A stretch of DNA of 64,000 nt, from the NCBI GenBank assembly GCA_965178125.1, contig OZ237764.1, positions 496,001 through 560,000 on the forward strand. Direction: 5' to 3'. The stretch comes from Bilabrum cf. latius. Taxonomy: Eukaryota. The notes beneath the pieces are model-generated. The model saw only the letters and a program-made list of their open reading frames with translations, had not been told where the DNA came from and searched no databases. Numbering within the stretch: the first letter of the stretch is position 1; every line of letters starts with the position of its first letter. Both the position numbers and the translations under genes were made by a program. This document shows positions 24,411 to 37,335 of the stretch, one piece after another.

Positions 24411-27400
24411 TCAAATTCGTCGAAAATGGAATAGAAACTAATCGAACACCGCGTGCAGCACCACCACCGGCACAGACACGCTCAGCAGCTGCAGCCGCTG
24501 CATCCCCACCATCACCGGCTCCAGCGCGAACACGGCAGCATTTTCAGACTCCTGCAGGGCCGACCGAAGCAGGTCCGCGTCACTTTTTCCTGCTGCCAGC
24601 TGAGCCGCCATCAACGAACACTCCTGCCAACCGCACACCCCCACGATGCACAGTACCACCCACACCAGCGTACCCAACACCAGCATATGCTCAAGCCCAA
24701 GCAACCACCAGCTGTGCCTGCGTACCACACCCAGCCTCAGCTCCAGCGCTCGCCACGCTAGCTGCTCGGGAGACTTTTGTACGCCAGTTCCTGTCTCATG
24801 AGAAGTTCCCTGCAGCAGCGGCTGTCGGTGCACGTGCCTGGCTGCCTCTACGTCCTCCCTGAAGGCCATCCACGCCGCGATCGCCTGGGCGTCCCATGTA
24901 AGGACCGACAGACCCCTGATGGCAGAGAGTAGGGCGGGCTGCAGCGCCTGCATGCGGGTCAGACCAGCGACAGCCCGATCTTCGCTGGAGGCTGCAGAGC
25001 GCAGGCGCAACTGCAGCGACTCTGCCTGCTCCGCATCCGACTGAGCTTCGTGCAGGCGATTTTCACCAGCATTGCTTGTGAGTATATTGACAGCCTCTGC
25101 TTCAGCCCGTTCTACTGCGAGCTTCCTCTCCATCCAAGGCGCTAACAGCCCTTGAGGCTGGTCCTCGGCTGAGCTGGGGACTTGCTCCGAGTTGATGGAG
25201 CTGTGGGAAGCGTCAAGCGATGCCGCTGGGTCGTCAAATGCATGGCCTTCCCCCTGTGACTAGTTGGTGTCTCCGATAGACGACGTGATCGTGCCGTTGT
25301 GAGTGAAGCTCGACCGCTTAGCCAGCTTGGCTGCAGTGCATTGCAGCTTTAGCATTTTCACCCTGCGGTCCTGCGGGCAACCACGCGCAGCATCCCGCGT
25401 GGTTGAACTGCTTGCAGCTGAGGATAGCATGAAAGATCCGCCCCATCCCGTTCGTCGCTAGGTTGCGTGAGCTGAAGGCGCCAAGAATGAATCGGCCTGC
25501 TTGGGCCGTACCTCCTTCACCGGTGGGGCCCACGCGTCTTCAGTGCCATCCGTCCGTCGCCCAGACCTTCGAAGGTTGCTCCTGATGTTTTCGAACGTGC
25601 CGCTCAATGCGTCTGTCTCCCCTCCACCATCGGGTAGCACCAAATGTCGCACACAAGAGCACGCAAGGCATTCACAAACGCTACAAGGAGCTATGCAGGA
25701 CCAACAGCATGCACGAGCAGACTCGACACATGCCACCAAGTTCGGCGAGCCATTGGCCACATCGGATGATCGTAGGCGCAGCACATCTTGCGTACTGCCA
25801 TCTTGCGCCGTACGAATACTAGTGGCAGTTCCGAGCAGATCCACACCACATCCGAGTAGCATGCCCATCCTCACGAGGCAAAGCACGACCAGCCCTAGGC
25901 CAAGTACCAGGGCAGGCAGCGAGCACTCGACGTACACGAGGGTCACCACCAGAGCCCACAGCCAAGCTACTCTAGCGGTTGAGACGCTCACGCCGGACAG
26001 ATCGTGCCACAATGGAATCCTGCTCGATCCAACAGGCCCTGCATCTGTCGTGCTGCCGATGCTGTTGCTCCTTGCCCCATGCGCTCTTAATTGGTCATCC
26101 CAGGAAGGCTAGATATAGGTCTAGGTCTAGGTCTAGGTCTAGGTCTAGGTCTAGGTCTAGGTCTAGGTCTAGGTCCTGGTTCTAGCCAGATCGTCCAATT
26201 GAACACTTTGTGGGTCTCGTCCGCTTCCCCCACTGCTGATTTCGGCTGATCGCGGGGTGCGAGCATCCAACAAACCGCATAGGGTGGCTAGAAACGCCAC
26301 GACGCTCAGACCGACCAGCAGCAGCTGCGGCCACATCACTGACCGCCCCATCAGCACGCCCCAGTCTTCCTCGCAGTGCTCCGCCCTGGTGCGGCCCATC
26401 GCCCTCAGGCACGGCAGCTGCACGCTGTATGAGACAGACTGGGGATCGACGGCAAGCAGCCAGGTGCCCCCGGTGCTGCCCGGTCGCTGGCCCCGGAGAG
26501 TGGCAACTAGCCGTTGAGCCATGGCACCTGCGGATTGAGCCCGCTGTAAGCCAGAGCTACCTTCTCTCGTGTCAGAATCGAGCCGTCTCCTAGGCGGGAT
26601 CTGCGCGACAACCGAGACACGCATGAACATCTGCGCTATAGCAGGAAAACCTGGACGCGGCTCCACCTGAGCACCTGCGTGAGTCGTGACCCGCGTCACG
26701 CTTGCCTTCCATCCCCGTGTCTCCACCTCATCCCCGGCCAGGTCTCGTAGGTCATCCAACAGGTCATCCAACATCCAGTCGAGCTGTGACTCAACTGGGT
26801 GCGGATAGTCCAAGCCGGGCGGACCTGACCCAAGCTGGTACGTCTGCGTAAGTGCCGCCGGCCAACTATTGCGATCAAAGTAGAGATCAAAGCTCAACCG
26901 CGCAACGCTCGTTCGAGACCGCTACGCTTGGTCTGTTTGATATCCTTTCCAAAACATGCCAGGCGCGGACCTGTCTGCTCGGCATGCCATGCTGGGAGCA
27001 GTGCCGGTCACATATTGGGGCTGTGACCCAGGACCGAAGACACTGGCTTTTGGAACAAGAGGCGCGACAGCTGGTGTCCTGGCGAGTCGCTCAACTTGCA
27101 GCAGCTCGTCAGACTGGCGAAGGGTAGGATGGCCGAGCCACTCGCCGTACCACACGCGCACCACGCTCGCCAACTGCTGCCATTCGCCAGTTGATTGCTC
27201 CAGTCCCAGGTCCACAGGTAGCTGAGTTGGGTCGTCGCATGATGCCACGCACACGGGCCGGCCGGCGAAGTTGCCCTGGAGGCTGGATCGGTGGCAAGCC
27301 CACGAGCCCCCCTGGATGCGGGGCAAGGAGCTGTTCGGGTGCAGCGGGAAGATGCGGGTGGGCACAGCCCCTCGGTACACAGCAAGAGGACCTGCAATCC

Positions 27401-29230
27401 CAGGCATAAAAACTGGAGCGCCCTGATCTGGACTAGGGTATGTGCCCCCTGAGCCGAGCAAGCTGGCGGGATGCACGCCCCCCGTGTAGTTCTGTGTCAC
27501 ATTGGACGGTGTCCCTGGCGGCACAGGGTACCTGCCATTTCGAGCCAGTTGCACGCCCCCGTCTGCTGAAAACTACTCGCGGTAGGGCCGCTGCATACCA
27601 CCAACTGCAAACCCTTGCGTGTTCTGCTACGCTGGAAGATCATCCGGCATTACGTCCACGTTCCACTCAGCATGGTCGATATCGTAGGCTACCGCGCACC
27701 CAAGCCTCGCCCGGGGGAAAAGACCACCCGCATCGCTGGTCCTGCTGTACTGCTCCAGCACTTGACTTAGGCTGGGCATGGAGTTCCACGAGGCCATGCC
27801 CACGTCGGGGGTACAGTTGCGCCCTTGCACGCACCAGGGGTCGTCAAGCAAGACGCGGATGCCGGGCAGCTTCTATTGAGGAACTGCTGGTTTGTTTGGC
27901 ATTATCAAACTGCACACTGCGTCATTTCTGCCTGCACTACCATGCGTAGTAGATGCCGTGTGATTCACGGACCCGCCCAATATATCGCTTGCCGGCACGT
28001 CTACAGTGAACGCCACCACGTGCGCCCGGTTGACCCTCCACTGGTAGTCGGGGCTATCCCCCACGATGGGGGTCTCGGGTGTAATGGGCAGCACGGCCAC
28101 TGTCCCCGGCGGGTACATTGTCATAAGGGACTGGTGCCACCGAGTCGGGGCGTGCTGTGCGATCAGCTGGTCGCGCTGCCTGAGGTCAATCGTGCCGGTG
28201 GAGCACGCCTGTATTGCTCGTATCCTCAGAGGTTCCTATGCATGCTTCTCGTCCATGTAGCTGTCGATATTGCGGCCGTGCCAGCTTGGGCAGGCCTTGT
28301 CCAGGGGCTGCTCATCCACAGCAGACTGTCGCAACACCGGCCATTGCTGCTTGGGGGGCCACACGGTGAGCTGCCTGCATACGTCGTTGCCGTCGATGGT
28401 TGTATTCCAAGGGGTTTTGGCCGGGCTGTAGATGGACCGGGGACATATTGCCACAATGACCTGCACGCACACGTCAACGTACGATGTCCATGGCTGTATG
28501 TCGGCGCCGATGTGTCCAAGCCTTGCCTGGTAGTACTCGGACGTGACCGAGAAACCGTCCCTGTGCCCACCACTGGCTAGTGATGGTGTAGTGGCGTACA
28601 TCTGAGGCCCCTACGTAAATAGTGTCGCGGATATGCCTATGCTAGTTGGCACGAACCAGCTCTCTAGGCTCCAGGGCTCCGCTGCTCTGGTGGGAAGCCT
28701 CAGTGGGCTCTCGCTGTAACCCTGGTGCGCGGGCTTCAGCTGGGGTGTCGCGAGCGCGGCACCGAAAAAAGGGAGAGAAACAGATGCGATCACATCGTCT
28801 GCGAACTTGTTACGGGACGAGTGTGGCAATTAGTAGCATTGTGGCTGGTTGGATGCACTCAGGTGGGAGTGCCGCGTGTTGAGCAGCTTGTCGCTTCTCA
28901 CTTCTGCTGGCAGCATCGCTGCTGCTGTTCGCCGGAACTGCGTGCAACCCTGGACCACTAGACCAGTACCACACATATCGTGAGTTTGTCCACTCGTCAG
29001 TGAACTGGTTACCTCGATCGAACCACGGGAATTCACCCACGCTGCAGGACGAGGAGTGCTCGCCCATCGAAAATGCCGCTGAGCTGAAATTCAAAACACG
29101 GCGCCGGCGGCACGCAACGCCACCTACGCCTACATCCACAGCTGGAGGTACTTGAAAAAATGAATCTGCGTCAGAAATAGTTGGTGCCACTTTATTGACA
29201 TACTGTAGACTAATTGACATGGTGATCGAT
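24411..29230 (-). CDS. Large membrane protein with long extracellular-like N-terminal part and several C-terminal TM helices; 5' end uncertain (probably extends to ~29.9 kb via further introns)
   Basis: ORF segments 28611..28829, 28236..28601, 27873..28124, 27627..27851, 26922..27554, 26169..26897, 25458..26012 and 24438..25133 are in one frame joined only by TAG (about 19). The frame ends at TGA 24411-24413. A GTGAG...CTAAT...CAG intron at ~28800-28902 links to the 28810..29220 frame. Hydrophobic stretches include WPQLLLVGLSVVAFLATLCGLL and VAWLWALVVTLVYV. Confidence 0.65.
26116..26175 (-). repeat. (ACCTAG)n microsatellite inside the minus-strand CDS, giving nine in-frame TAG codons (Thr-Gln repeat)
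   Basis: The + strand reads (TCTAGG)n. CTA triplets at 26121, 26127 ... 26169 are in frame with the flanking ORFs. Confidence 0.9.
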
Positions 29231-29958
29231 CAATCAGCGTAGGTATAGCTGCTCACTGTTACAGTGTACTAGGCCAGAGCTCCCGGAGCTTATGATCCAA
29301 TCATGTCTGTATGAATGCGTCGAAGTAGCTTTCAAATTGAAGCACTGCGAAGCGACCCCATATCCAGTGCTGAGCTGAGGCAAAGCCTGGCTCATCCCTA
29401 CAAACGGAGAGTTAAGGCAACTTCGATCTCGGCTAGTAAGCTCGCCGGCGGCCATAATAGCAAACAGATTACACAATGATATACATTTCATCGGGAACTT
29501 CAGTAGCATGGGAGAGTAAGATGTTTGCTTGCGCATTGTAAGTTTCAATCTTCATCTTGAAAATGCATGATCGGATGGTCGCAACCTGCCTGGCCTTCTT
29601 TGGCAATTCTCAACACAACTACACGACGGATATGAGTACTGTAAGTATAATGAACATCCAGCCGACATCTTCCAGAGCTAGCATGCATCAAGAGAATACT
29701 TGATGTCTGGCGCGACCAACGACGGCAGGCACTACCTCTGCCTGTCTGATTATCCTTGAGGATGCAGACTGCAGAGCTCCACAGCTGCACCAGATTGATA
29801 ATGGGATGGATATCGGATTGCATGCGTGTTGTTGTAGTGCACGTTGTTCATGCTGGGGCCCGCCCCTGAAATAAATCATAGTTTGTACAGTGCAATTATG
29901 GGACGGGAAGGTGCACGTAGCATTCACGCAGAGTAGCTCATCTTCTGGCATTGCAAAT

Positions 29959-30929
29959 ATGCAGAGCCATGCTGCAGTTTTGTTTCTGATTTCAGCGCTA
30001 GCTATCGCGGAAAGGCCTACTCCGCCAGCCATGCCTCCGTGTAAGATCTCGGCGCCATTGCCGGCAACCAACGATAGTGAAGTTATGTTGCTCTGGCTCC
30101 CTGTAGCTTGCAGGCAAACTTGCATAGTATATCATGTGCCAGGTACGCACATTGCGAATCACTGTACCACTGTTTCAGCCTTAGTACTCTCTGCGCTACC
30201 TACCATCCGTTGCTCGCAGCCGCAAGCGGTGGCTGCTAGGCAGCCCAGGATGATCTGGACACGGCTATGGAGCGCCCGCACAGCAATTACAATCTATTAA
30301 ATACGCAATGTATGGAAAAGTGCAAGGTGCGGAGCGAGGAGACCTGCACCGCCGACTGCGAAGTTGGCGCCGCTGAGTACAAGGAGGCCTGCTCTTCCAA
30401 CGGGGGGTCCCTCCTCCGAATTACTCAGTCTGCTCACTACAACAACGACGAAAAGTACAATGTCGCATCCTTGTATTGCATCAGCGATACCTGCTCGCCG
30501 AAGAAGCCCAGCTCTGACGACGACGCCGGCCCCGGGGGCTACTCTCTGGACAGCGACGTGGGCGTGTGGCTCGAGGCGTGGGAGCAGGAGTTCTGCGAGC
30601 AGCTGGTCGTACCCGGCTTCTTCGGAACACAGTGTGACGTAGAGGCGGAGTACGTCGACAGGGGAGGTAGCCCCCACAAGACGCCTCCGGGCACGGCAGC
30701 CGGGATCGCGGTGGGAGTGCTGCTGTGCGCTGCTGCCGCCGGCACACTAGGCTTCATGTACTACCGCGTCCAGGCAGGGTACACCTCCTCGTTCTTCACC
30801 GCCCCTTGGGCAAGCAGTGCCACCGGCAGCGGCGTGTACAGCGCGGGCACCGGCACCGGCACGTCAGGTTCTGGCGGTGTGGGGTCCATGGGTGGCGGGG
30901 CCAGCGGCGGCTACAACGCGGTGCCGTGA
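29959..30929 (+). CDS. Type I membrane protein: signal peptide, Cys-rich ectodomain, one TM helix, Gly/Ser tail ending YNAVP
   Basis: Exon 1 29959-30076 (MQSHAAVLFLISALAIA...), probable intron 30077-30219, exon 2 with in-frame TAG 30237, TM GIAVGVLLCAAAAGTLGFMYY, TGA 30927-30929. Confidence 0.7.
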
Positions 30930-31553
30930 GATCTAGCGTTTAAGCACCGATTGCGGCGTCTGTGACCGCTACAAGAAAGAGGTGAAGATTTGGGATTTTA
31001 GATCGGGTGGATTGGATTGATTATGCGCGTGAAGCCATTGGTTACGGTGTGTTGGGGCGACGCTTGGGGTCGACACGCGGGCGAGCATGTTTTTGATGGA
31101 GAAGCGGGCCGCCGTTTGCGAAAACGAGCATCTGGCTGGGGAGCAAGATGGTTGCAGGATAAAGCCGACGCGCGCCATTTGGGGTGATTTTCGTCTGCTG
31201 TCCCCCCTCGGCCACGGCCTCTTGAGGGGGGCGCACGAATGGATCCATGGCGCGTGCTGGTTGCAACTTTGCTTCCTAGACAGGTGCCTGGCGCTGCTGC
31301 CTGTTTCTCTTACCGGCATTTTTTGAATTACGGCCCAGCAGTTGGTATGCTGGGCTGCTGCTGCTGGGTTCGTTGAGCTGTTGCAGCCATTGTGGTGCAT
31401 CTTCGCACGAGAATCCCCATGCATGTACAAACAAGTAGCTAGTCTAATAGAAATAGCTAGTCGCACTGCACTGCAATCGTTCGGTGCCAGCTCCTCGGCT
31501 CGCTCCCTCATCAGATCTGGCCCTTGTCTGGCAAACGGAATGGATCGAGTGAA

Positions 31554-34010
31554 TCACCACGCGTCCCTGGTCTTGACGCCCTCCTAGGCCTGCCTCCTCG
31601 TCTTCCGCTGAGCCTTTGCCTTGCCTGCATTGCGACCCCCGCCCTTTCTAGCAGCAGCCTCCCTCCTCTGGTGCTGCTTCAGCGCCCTCCTCTTGAGAGC
31701 CTCCTCGTCGACCGCGCCAGCCTTTGCGAAACGAGGCCCACCGCGACCGCCACCGCCGCTGCCCCTGCCCTTGCCTGCCCGCCGGCCACCTCCAGCTGCA
31801 GACCGTCTGCCCCTGCCACCCCCACCTATGATCAGACGCAAGTCGTCAGACACGCGCTGCTCTGCCAAAGCCTTCTCTGCCTCTGCCTCGGCCACTGCTT
31901 GCGCTGTTTCTTCATCTTCATCTTCATCTGCATCTTCCACTCCACTGCCCCTCTCTCTCCCCATGGACGCAGATGACGGCATCGATGATGACGATGATCC
32001 TCTACCCTCGGTACCGGCCCCCGCTCTTCCGCTCGCACCCGCCCCCGACGCCGGACCTGCCCCAGCCCCCGACGAAGCATCCAGCATTTCCAGAGGCTTC
32101 CACCACCCATATTCCTCCTCCTCCTCGTCAGCCCGCCTCTCGATCCCCCTCGCTTCTCGGTTGAGCCCGAGAGCACGCGCTCGCCCGATCCCTCCCAGCC
32201 TCCTTCGCCTGCCCTAGGCCGCGAACAGGCCGCCCGCACGGCGGACAGCGAAGCCCATTCCCTCCACCTCTTCTTCCTCGTCTTCATCTTCAAAGGTGAC
32301 GTCGCCGGGCACCGTTGCGCCAATACTCGTCACACCAGCACTCACCTCTTCGATCCTGCCCAGTGCCCTTAGGTCCTGCTCCTCGTCCTCTTCCACTCCG
32401 GCGCCCTCCCCGTCGCTGCCATCCCCGCCCGCACTCGTCACATCAGCGCCGCCCTCTGCCCTCGCCAGCATCATGGCTGCCAGCTCGTCCTTCTCCGTCG
32501 CACCCGCGTCCCCCCCGAAACCGGAAGCGCCCGAGGCCTCGTCCAGCCGCACGGGCGCATCGGCCCCCCACGTGGTGTCCTCCCCGCTGGTTGCGAGCTC
32601 GTGACCCGCCTCTCCTTCTTCCGATTCCGAATCCTTGTCAGTGGCAACCTCCTTGGCTGCTTTCTCTGCCTTCGATTCCCCTGCACCGGGGGCGGCTTGC
32701 GCGGCGCCGGTCTCGGCAGCGGAACCTGCCAATACGAGGCTGGGCCCGCAGGCGTCCTCGAACGTGGGCACCGGCAGCGAACCCAGGCCGAACCTTCGGC
32801 GAAAGAACTTCACGCAGCAGTCAACGTCTCTGTCGAAGATCTCCTTTGCGTTCACATGCTTCACGCTGACCATCTGGGGGAAATCGATGGCTGTCAGCAC
32901 GCAACGCACCCCGTCCGCCTCGCACACCCCCGGCCGGATCTCACGTGTGCGGCCCATCCGGCTGCCAAGGGAAACTTGCGCGGCGCCGCCGCTCGAAGTT
33001 CCGCTAAGCACTACCCCGTCTTCGTTGAACCAGTCCAGTTTGCCCACCCTGCGCGCCCTATCCCGATCGTGACGAGTGCCTGCCCACCCCTTCACGGACA
33101 TCGTCTCTTCATCTTCATCTTCGTCCTCCTCCAGTCCAGTTGTCGATGCAGCACCTGCCTGCGAGTCCAGCACTGGTACCTCGCCAGGAGTCGCGCTAGC
33201 CGCTGCAGCTGCGGCTGCACCGCCATCTGGTCCGCTCCCGGGACCGAGACCCGCCTCTACTAGCATCGCCCTCGCTTCCTCCTCCCCATACCGCGTCCTC
33301 TGCTCGTGCACCAAGATGTTGAATTCGTTGTAGTCACCGTGCACCAGTCCACTCCTCGCTATCCGGCAAAGGACCCGCATGGCCACAGTGTAGGCGAGCA
33401 TAGGGTGTCGCAGCTGCCTGATGCGGCTGACCACGCGCCCGGGGGCCCGGCCCATGAGGATGCAGTGGCGGGACCAGTCGATAGGGCGGGGGACAGGGAA
33501 CCCAGCATCATAAAGAACCTTCATGAAGGTGTACTCGCGCTCCGATGCCAGCCTGGACAGGTAAAGCCAGGAGCCGTGCTGCCTGTGCTGGAGGTAATCG
33601 CGCTTCTGCTTCACGTCGCGGAAGGAGGTGCGGCCTAGACGCTGTAGTTTCAGCACCACTTCCTCGTCTTCGAACGTTTTCGCCAGGTACACGTCAGATT
33701 CCTTTCCTACTCCGATCTGCCGGCCCACTCCAGATACTGTGGAGCGACGGACCATGGTCCACAGGGCCAAATAGTCGTACCCCGCATACGTCAGACGGTA
33801 TCCCTCGTACTTCTTTCGCTCCCGGTGAAGCAGTTTCAGCCTGGCAAGCTGGCTAATGGTTCTGTGCAACCCTCCATGGCGCAGCCCAGCAATGGAACCA
33901 ATCAGGTGCAGCGGCACATACTCGTGGTTTCGCTGTCCCAGTTCGATTGCAGTGAGGACTCGGAAATCTTCCTTTGTTAAATGCTTCAGGTACTAAACAT
34001 CTAGCTTCAT
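31554..34010 (-). CDS. RIO2: RIO2 atypical Ser/Thr kinase (40S biogenesis)
   Basis: N-terminus MKLDV*YLKHLTKEDFRVLTAIELGQRNHEYVP; GYRLTYAGYDYLAL, GVGKESD, RLGRTSFR, HGDYNEFN, IDFPQMVS. In-frame TAG at 33993, 32214 and 31584; ends ...KTRDAW-TGA at 31554-31556. Confidence 0.95.
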
Positions 34011-34133
34011 TCGGCCTGAATGGCTTGTACGGAAGCTCTAATTCTAGTTGCTGTTCCCGAGAGCAACTGGCGCTGCAGTGCCGTGATTTACAATATTGAC
34101 CAAGTTCTAGAATCAGCATAGAACTGGTCATTT
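34011..34133. promoter_or_regulatory. Probable compact bidirectional promoter between RIO2 and the DnaJ/thioredoxin gene
   Basis: 123-bp AT-rich gap between divergent ATGs at 34010 (-) and 34134 (+). Inferred from geometry only. Confidence 0.5.
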
Positions 34134-35639
34134 ATGGGACCTATGCGCTGCATAACAATATTAATTTTAGTCATAGGCGCCATATCGCAGCCGCCGGACT
34201 AGGAAACTATGTTTCCGAAGGGTTTTGATCCGTATCAAGTGATGGGAGTTAAAAAATCCGCAACAACCGGACAGATTAGACGAAAGTTTAGGAAGTTATC
34301 ACTTGAATTGCACCCCGATAAAGCTGAAAATGCAAGTGACGAGGCGAATAGAAAGAAACGATTCGAGGAGGTCAACCAGGGTAAGAGAGACTCACTCACC
34401 AGCTAGGGCCACGTGTGACGTTGGCAAGCTCACTTGTACCGAGCCTTCACTGAATATGCCAGTCCAAGCGCTTTACATCTTATCACATATATCGCAGCAT
34501 ACGAGATCCTCGGCGATGCCGAAAAGCGCCAGGCGTTTGACGGTTTCGGCGCGTCTGGTGGATTCCAGACGAGGGAGGAGTTCGAGGCAGCCGCTGCCAG
34601 CGGGGCTGGAACTGAAGCGGCCGCCGGGACCGGCGATCTTTACTCGGGATCTAAGCTTATCAGGTCGCTAAGCGCGTGGGATATCTCCCCCGCGGCGTAG
34701 CGGCGGTTGAAGCGTCCCCTGCTTGTGGAGTACTACGCCAGCTGGTGCGGGCACTGCCAGCATCTGGCACCAGCGATCCGGCGCCTGTCCATCCTCTTCG
34801 AAGACAAGATAGACTTTGGCGCGATCAACTGCGAGACAAAGGAGCGGATCTGCAGGCAGCAAGGCATCTCAGGGTACCCCACGCTCACGCTGCTCATGTC
34901 TGACGGGTCCAAAGACACCTATGCGGGGCCACTCGATGCCGGGCTGATCGAGACTTGGATGCGAGACGCCGCCGACTCCAAGCTGCGAACGTTCGACCGC
35001 ACGAGCGACTACCTGTAGGTGGCCAAAGACGGCAGCAAGCCGCTCCTTGTGTCCTTCTCACTCCCCCAGTGCGGGCCCTGCCAGCAGTTCAAGCCTTCCA
35101 TGCGGCGCGCCGCCAGGCAGCTCGAGGGCATCGTTGAGGTTGCAACCGGGGACTGCTCCAGCCCGGCCATGCGAGAGGCGTGTCAGGGCGTGCCGTACTT
35201 CCCCTACCTCGTGCTCATCCCGCCGGGCACGCCTGACCCAGACCGGCACTGGAAGGTGCTGACAGAGGACCGGCGCCGCATGAGCCCCGCGGATTAGGCC
35301 CTTAATATTGCCATGGCGGTGATTGAGGCCGTGGTGCCGGGCGCATAGGAGACTATGTCGGGGCAAGGGGGTGGGGAACAGGGGGGGTCAAGTGACGGAT
35401 ATGGGCACGGAGATGGGTTTGGCCACCCTGGACACGAAGATCCGTTCGGAGGGGGGCCACCTCCTGGCAGTTTCTCCGATGAGTGGGGTGAGCCAGGGGA
35501 TTACCCCCCGGGTGGGGGTGACCCCTACGGCGGGGGAGGGGGGCATTTCCAGCAAGGGGAATTTGGGCCGGACGGGGAGTGGCAGGGCGAGGGCGGAGGG
35601 TAGGATGAGGGGGGGTGGGAGGTGGGGGATGGTTGGTGA
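34134..35639 (+). CDS. Secretory-pathway DnaJ protein with two thioredoxin domains (ERdj5/DNAJC10-like, shortened)
   Basis: Signal-peptide-like MGPMRCITILILVIGAIS; J domain with LHPDK and AYEILGD (intron 34381-34497); WCGHC and QCGPC thioredoxin motifs. In-frame TAGs at 34200, 34698, 35016, 35295, 35346, 35601; TGA 35637-35639. Confidence 0.85.
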
Positions 35640-35765
35640 GATATCGGTGGGAACATGTTTCTGGACTAACATGTAGCAACATGTTCACCTGCACAACAGC
35701 AAACAGCAATCCATACAGGCATCAACATATACTCGTCACACCCGCAAATTCAAACGTAGCGCTCG

Positions 35766-35910
35766 TCACAGCTCTCTGTCACTGCCTTTCCATGTGCCGG
35801 ACCGCTGCTACTTGGTCTTGGCCTCCTGCGTTCTCCTCAGCCTCTCCTCCGCACCCTCGATCGCGCCACCTAGCCGGCCGGAGTGGTAGTCACGCATGGC
35901 CTGCACGATC

Positions 35911-35942
<32 letters not shown>

Positions 35943-37099
35943 CTTCACGATGGGCTCGCCGATTGGCTCCCCTGTGACGATTAGGACGGCCAGGCCCGCC
36001 TCGTCCAGCGGAACCTCCGCGCTGCGCGGCGCCGCTGTCCCGTCCGTGCCGGCATCCTCTTTGAGCTCCCCACTGGCAGGGACAAGGAGCTGAGCGGACA
36101 CGGGTGCGCCATCGTGCGATGCACCCGGGCAGGAGACTCGCACAACGCCCCCCTCCGACCCCAGCTGTGCCATCACTCCCTCCTCCACATCAGCTGCTTT
36201 GGCACCACCGTGCGATGCACCCACCACCCCGTTGCCCCGGAAGGCGTACACGAATCCTTCCTGCCCCTTGGGTATGTCCACGTCAATGGCACTGCCCGGC
36301 CGCAGCCTCAGATCGACGTAGGTCACGGCGGTCTCGAGCTTGATGGGCCCCGTGGCGCTGAGCGTGGAGCCGAGCACCACCTTGGCACTGCCCTGCTGCC
36401 GTGGCTGTGTTGACGAGAATTTCTCGGAGGAACCGGCCGCTGCTTCTGCTGGTGGCAGTGATGGGATGGCCCCATCCTCGGGGCCCGTCTTGGCTGCCTT
36501 GGTGAGGAGTAGGGGCACGACGGGCATGGCTGCGGCTGGCACGTCCTGGTACGACGCCTCCATCATTTTCTTCTTGCTCGGCAGGTTGATCCAGAGCTGG
36601 AAGCCTTCCACCGTCCCGCCTTCTCTCATGATCGTTTCGGATGGCATTTCTGCGTGGACGACGCCTCTGCCGGCGACCATGTACTGAGCGTCGCCGGGCC
36701 CGAGCTCTCCCTTTGCTCCTGAGGAATCCCTGTGCTGGAACGAGCCATCGATCACGTACGTGAACGTGATCTACCCGCGATGCGGATGATCTGGGGCTCC
36801 AACTGCTTCGCCGGGTTTGTATGAGACTGGGCCCATGTGGTCAAGCATCAAAAATGGATCGATGGTGTCGATCTCGTGTCCGACGGGGCGCCGAACCTGC
36901 GCGGCGGGGTGATTATTGGCTGGCATGGGCACTGTTACTAAAGTACGCACGACCTGAAATGCAACTGACGAGCTACACATGCGTTCCTCACTATAAAACC
37001 GCCCCCTTCCCTACGCTTGGAAGCTCGCAATGTTCGTTCGACCGATCGATGAGCAGCTCCACTTTTATCTGTCATGATAGAACCAGCAGCAGATGCCAT
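35766..37099 (-). CDS. Pirin family bicupin
   Basis: [10 protein letters not shown] (intron 36897-36991), [56 protein letters not shown] at 36771 and 35808; ends ...GSDREL-TGA at 35766-35768. Confidence 0.92.
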
Positions 37100-37335
37100 C
37101 GTAAATAGCAAGAAGCCAAATTTACAAGGAAAGGGAATCGTGTGAATGATTGTGTGCACTGGAAACAATGATGGTCATTGCGTCTGGAATACTGGATGTT
37201 GAAGCTTGCTTCTCTGACGTCACACTCCACTCGTCATCACGGACAGCAACACATCGGAGGATAGGAGTTCACACAAGGGGAGCCCGTACGTGAAATAACC
37301 AGTAAATCCCAATTAAGTCCAGAATTATCGACCGG

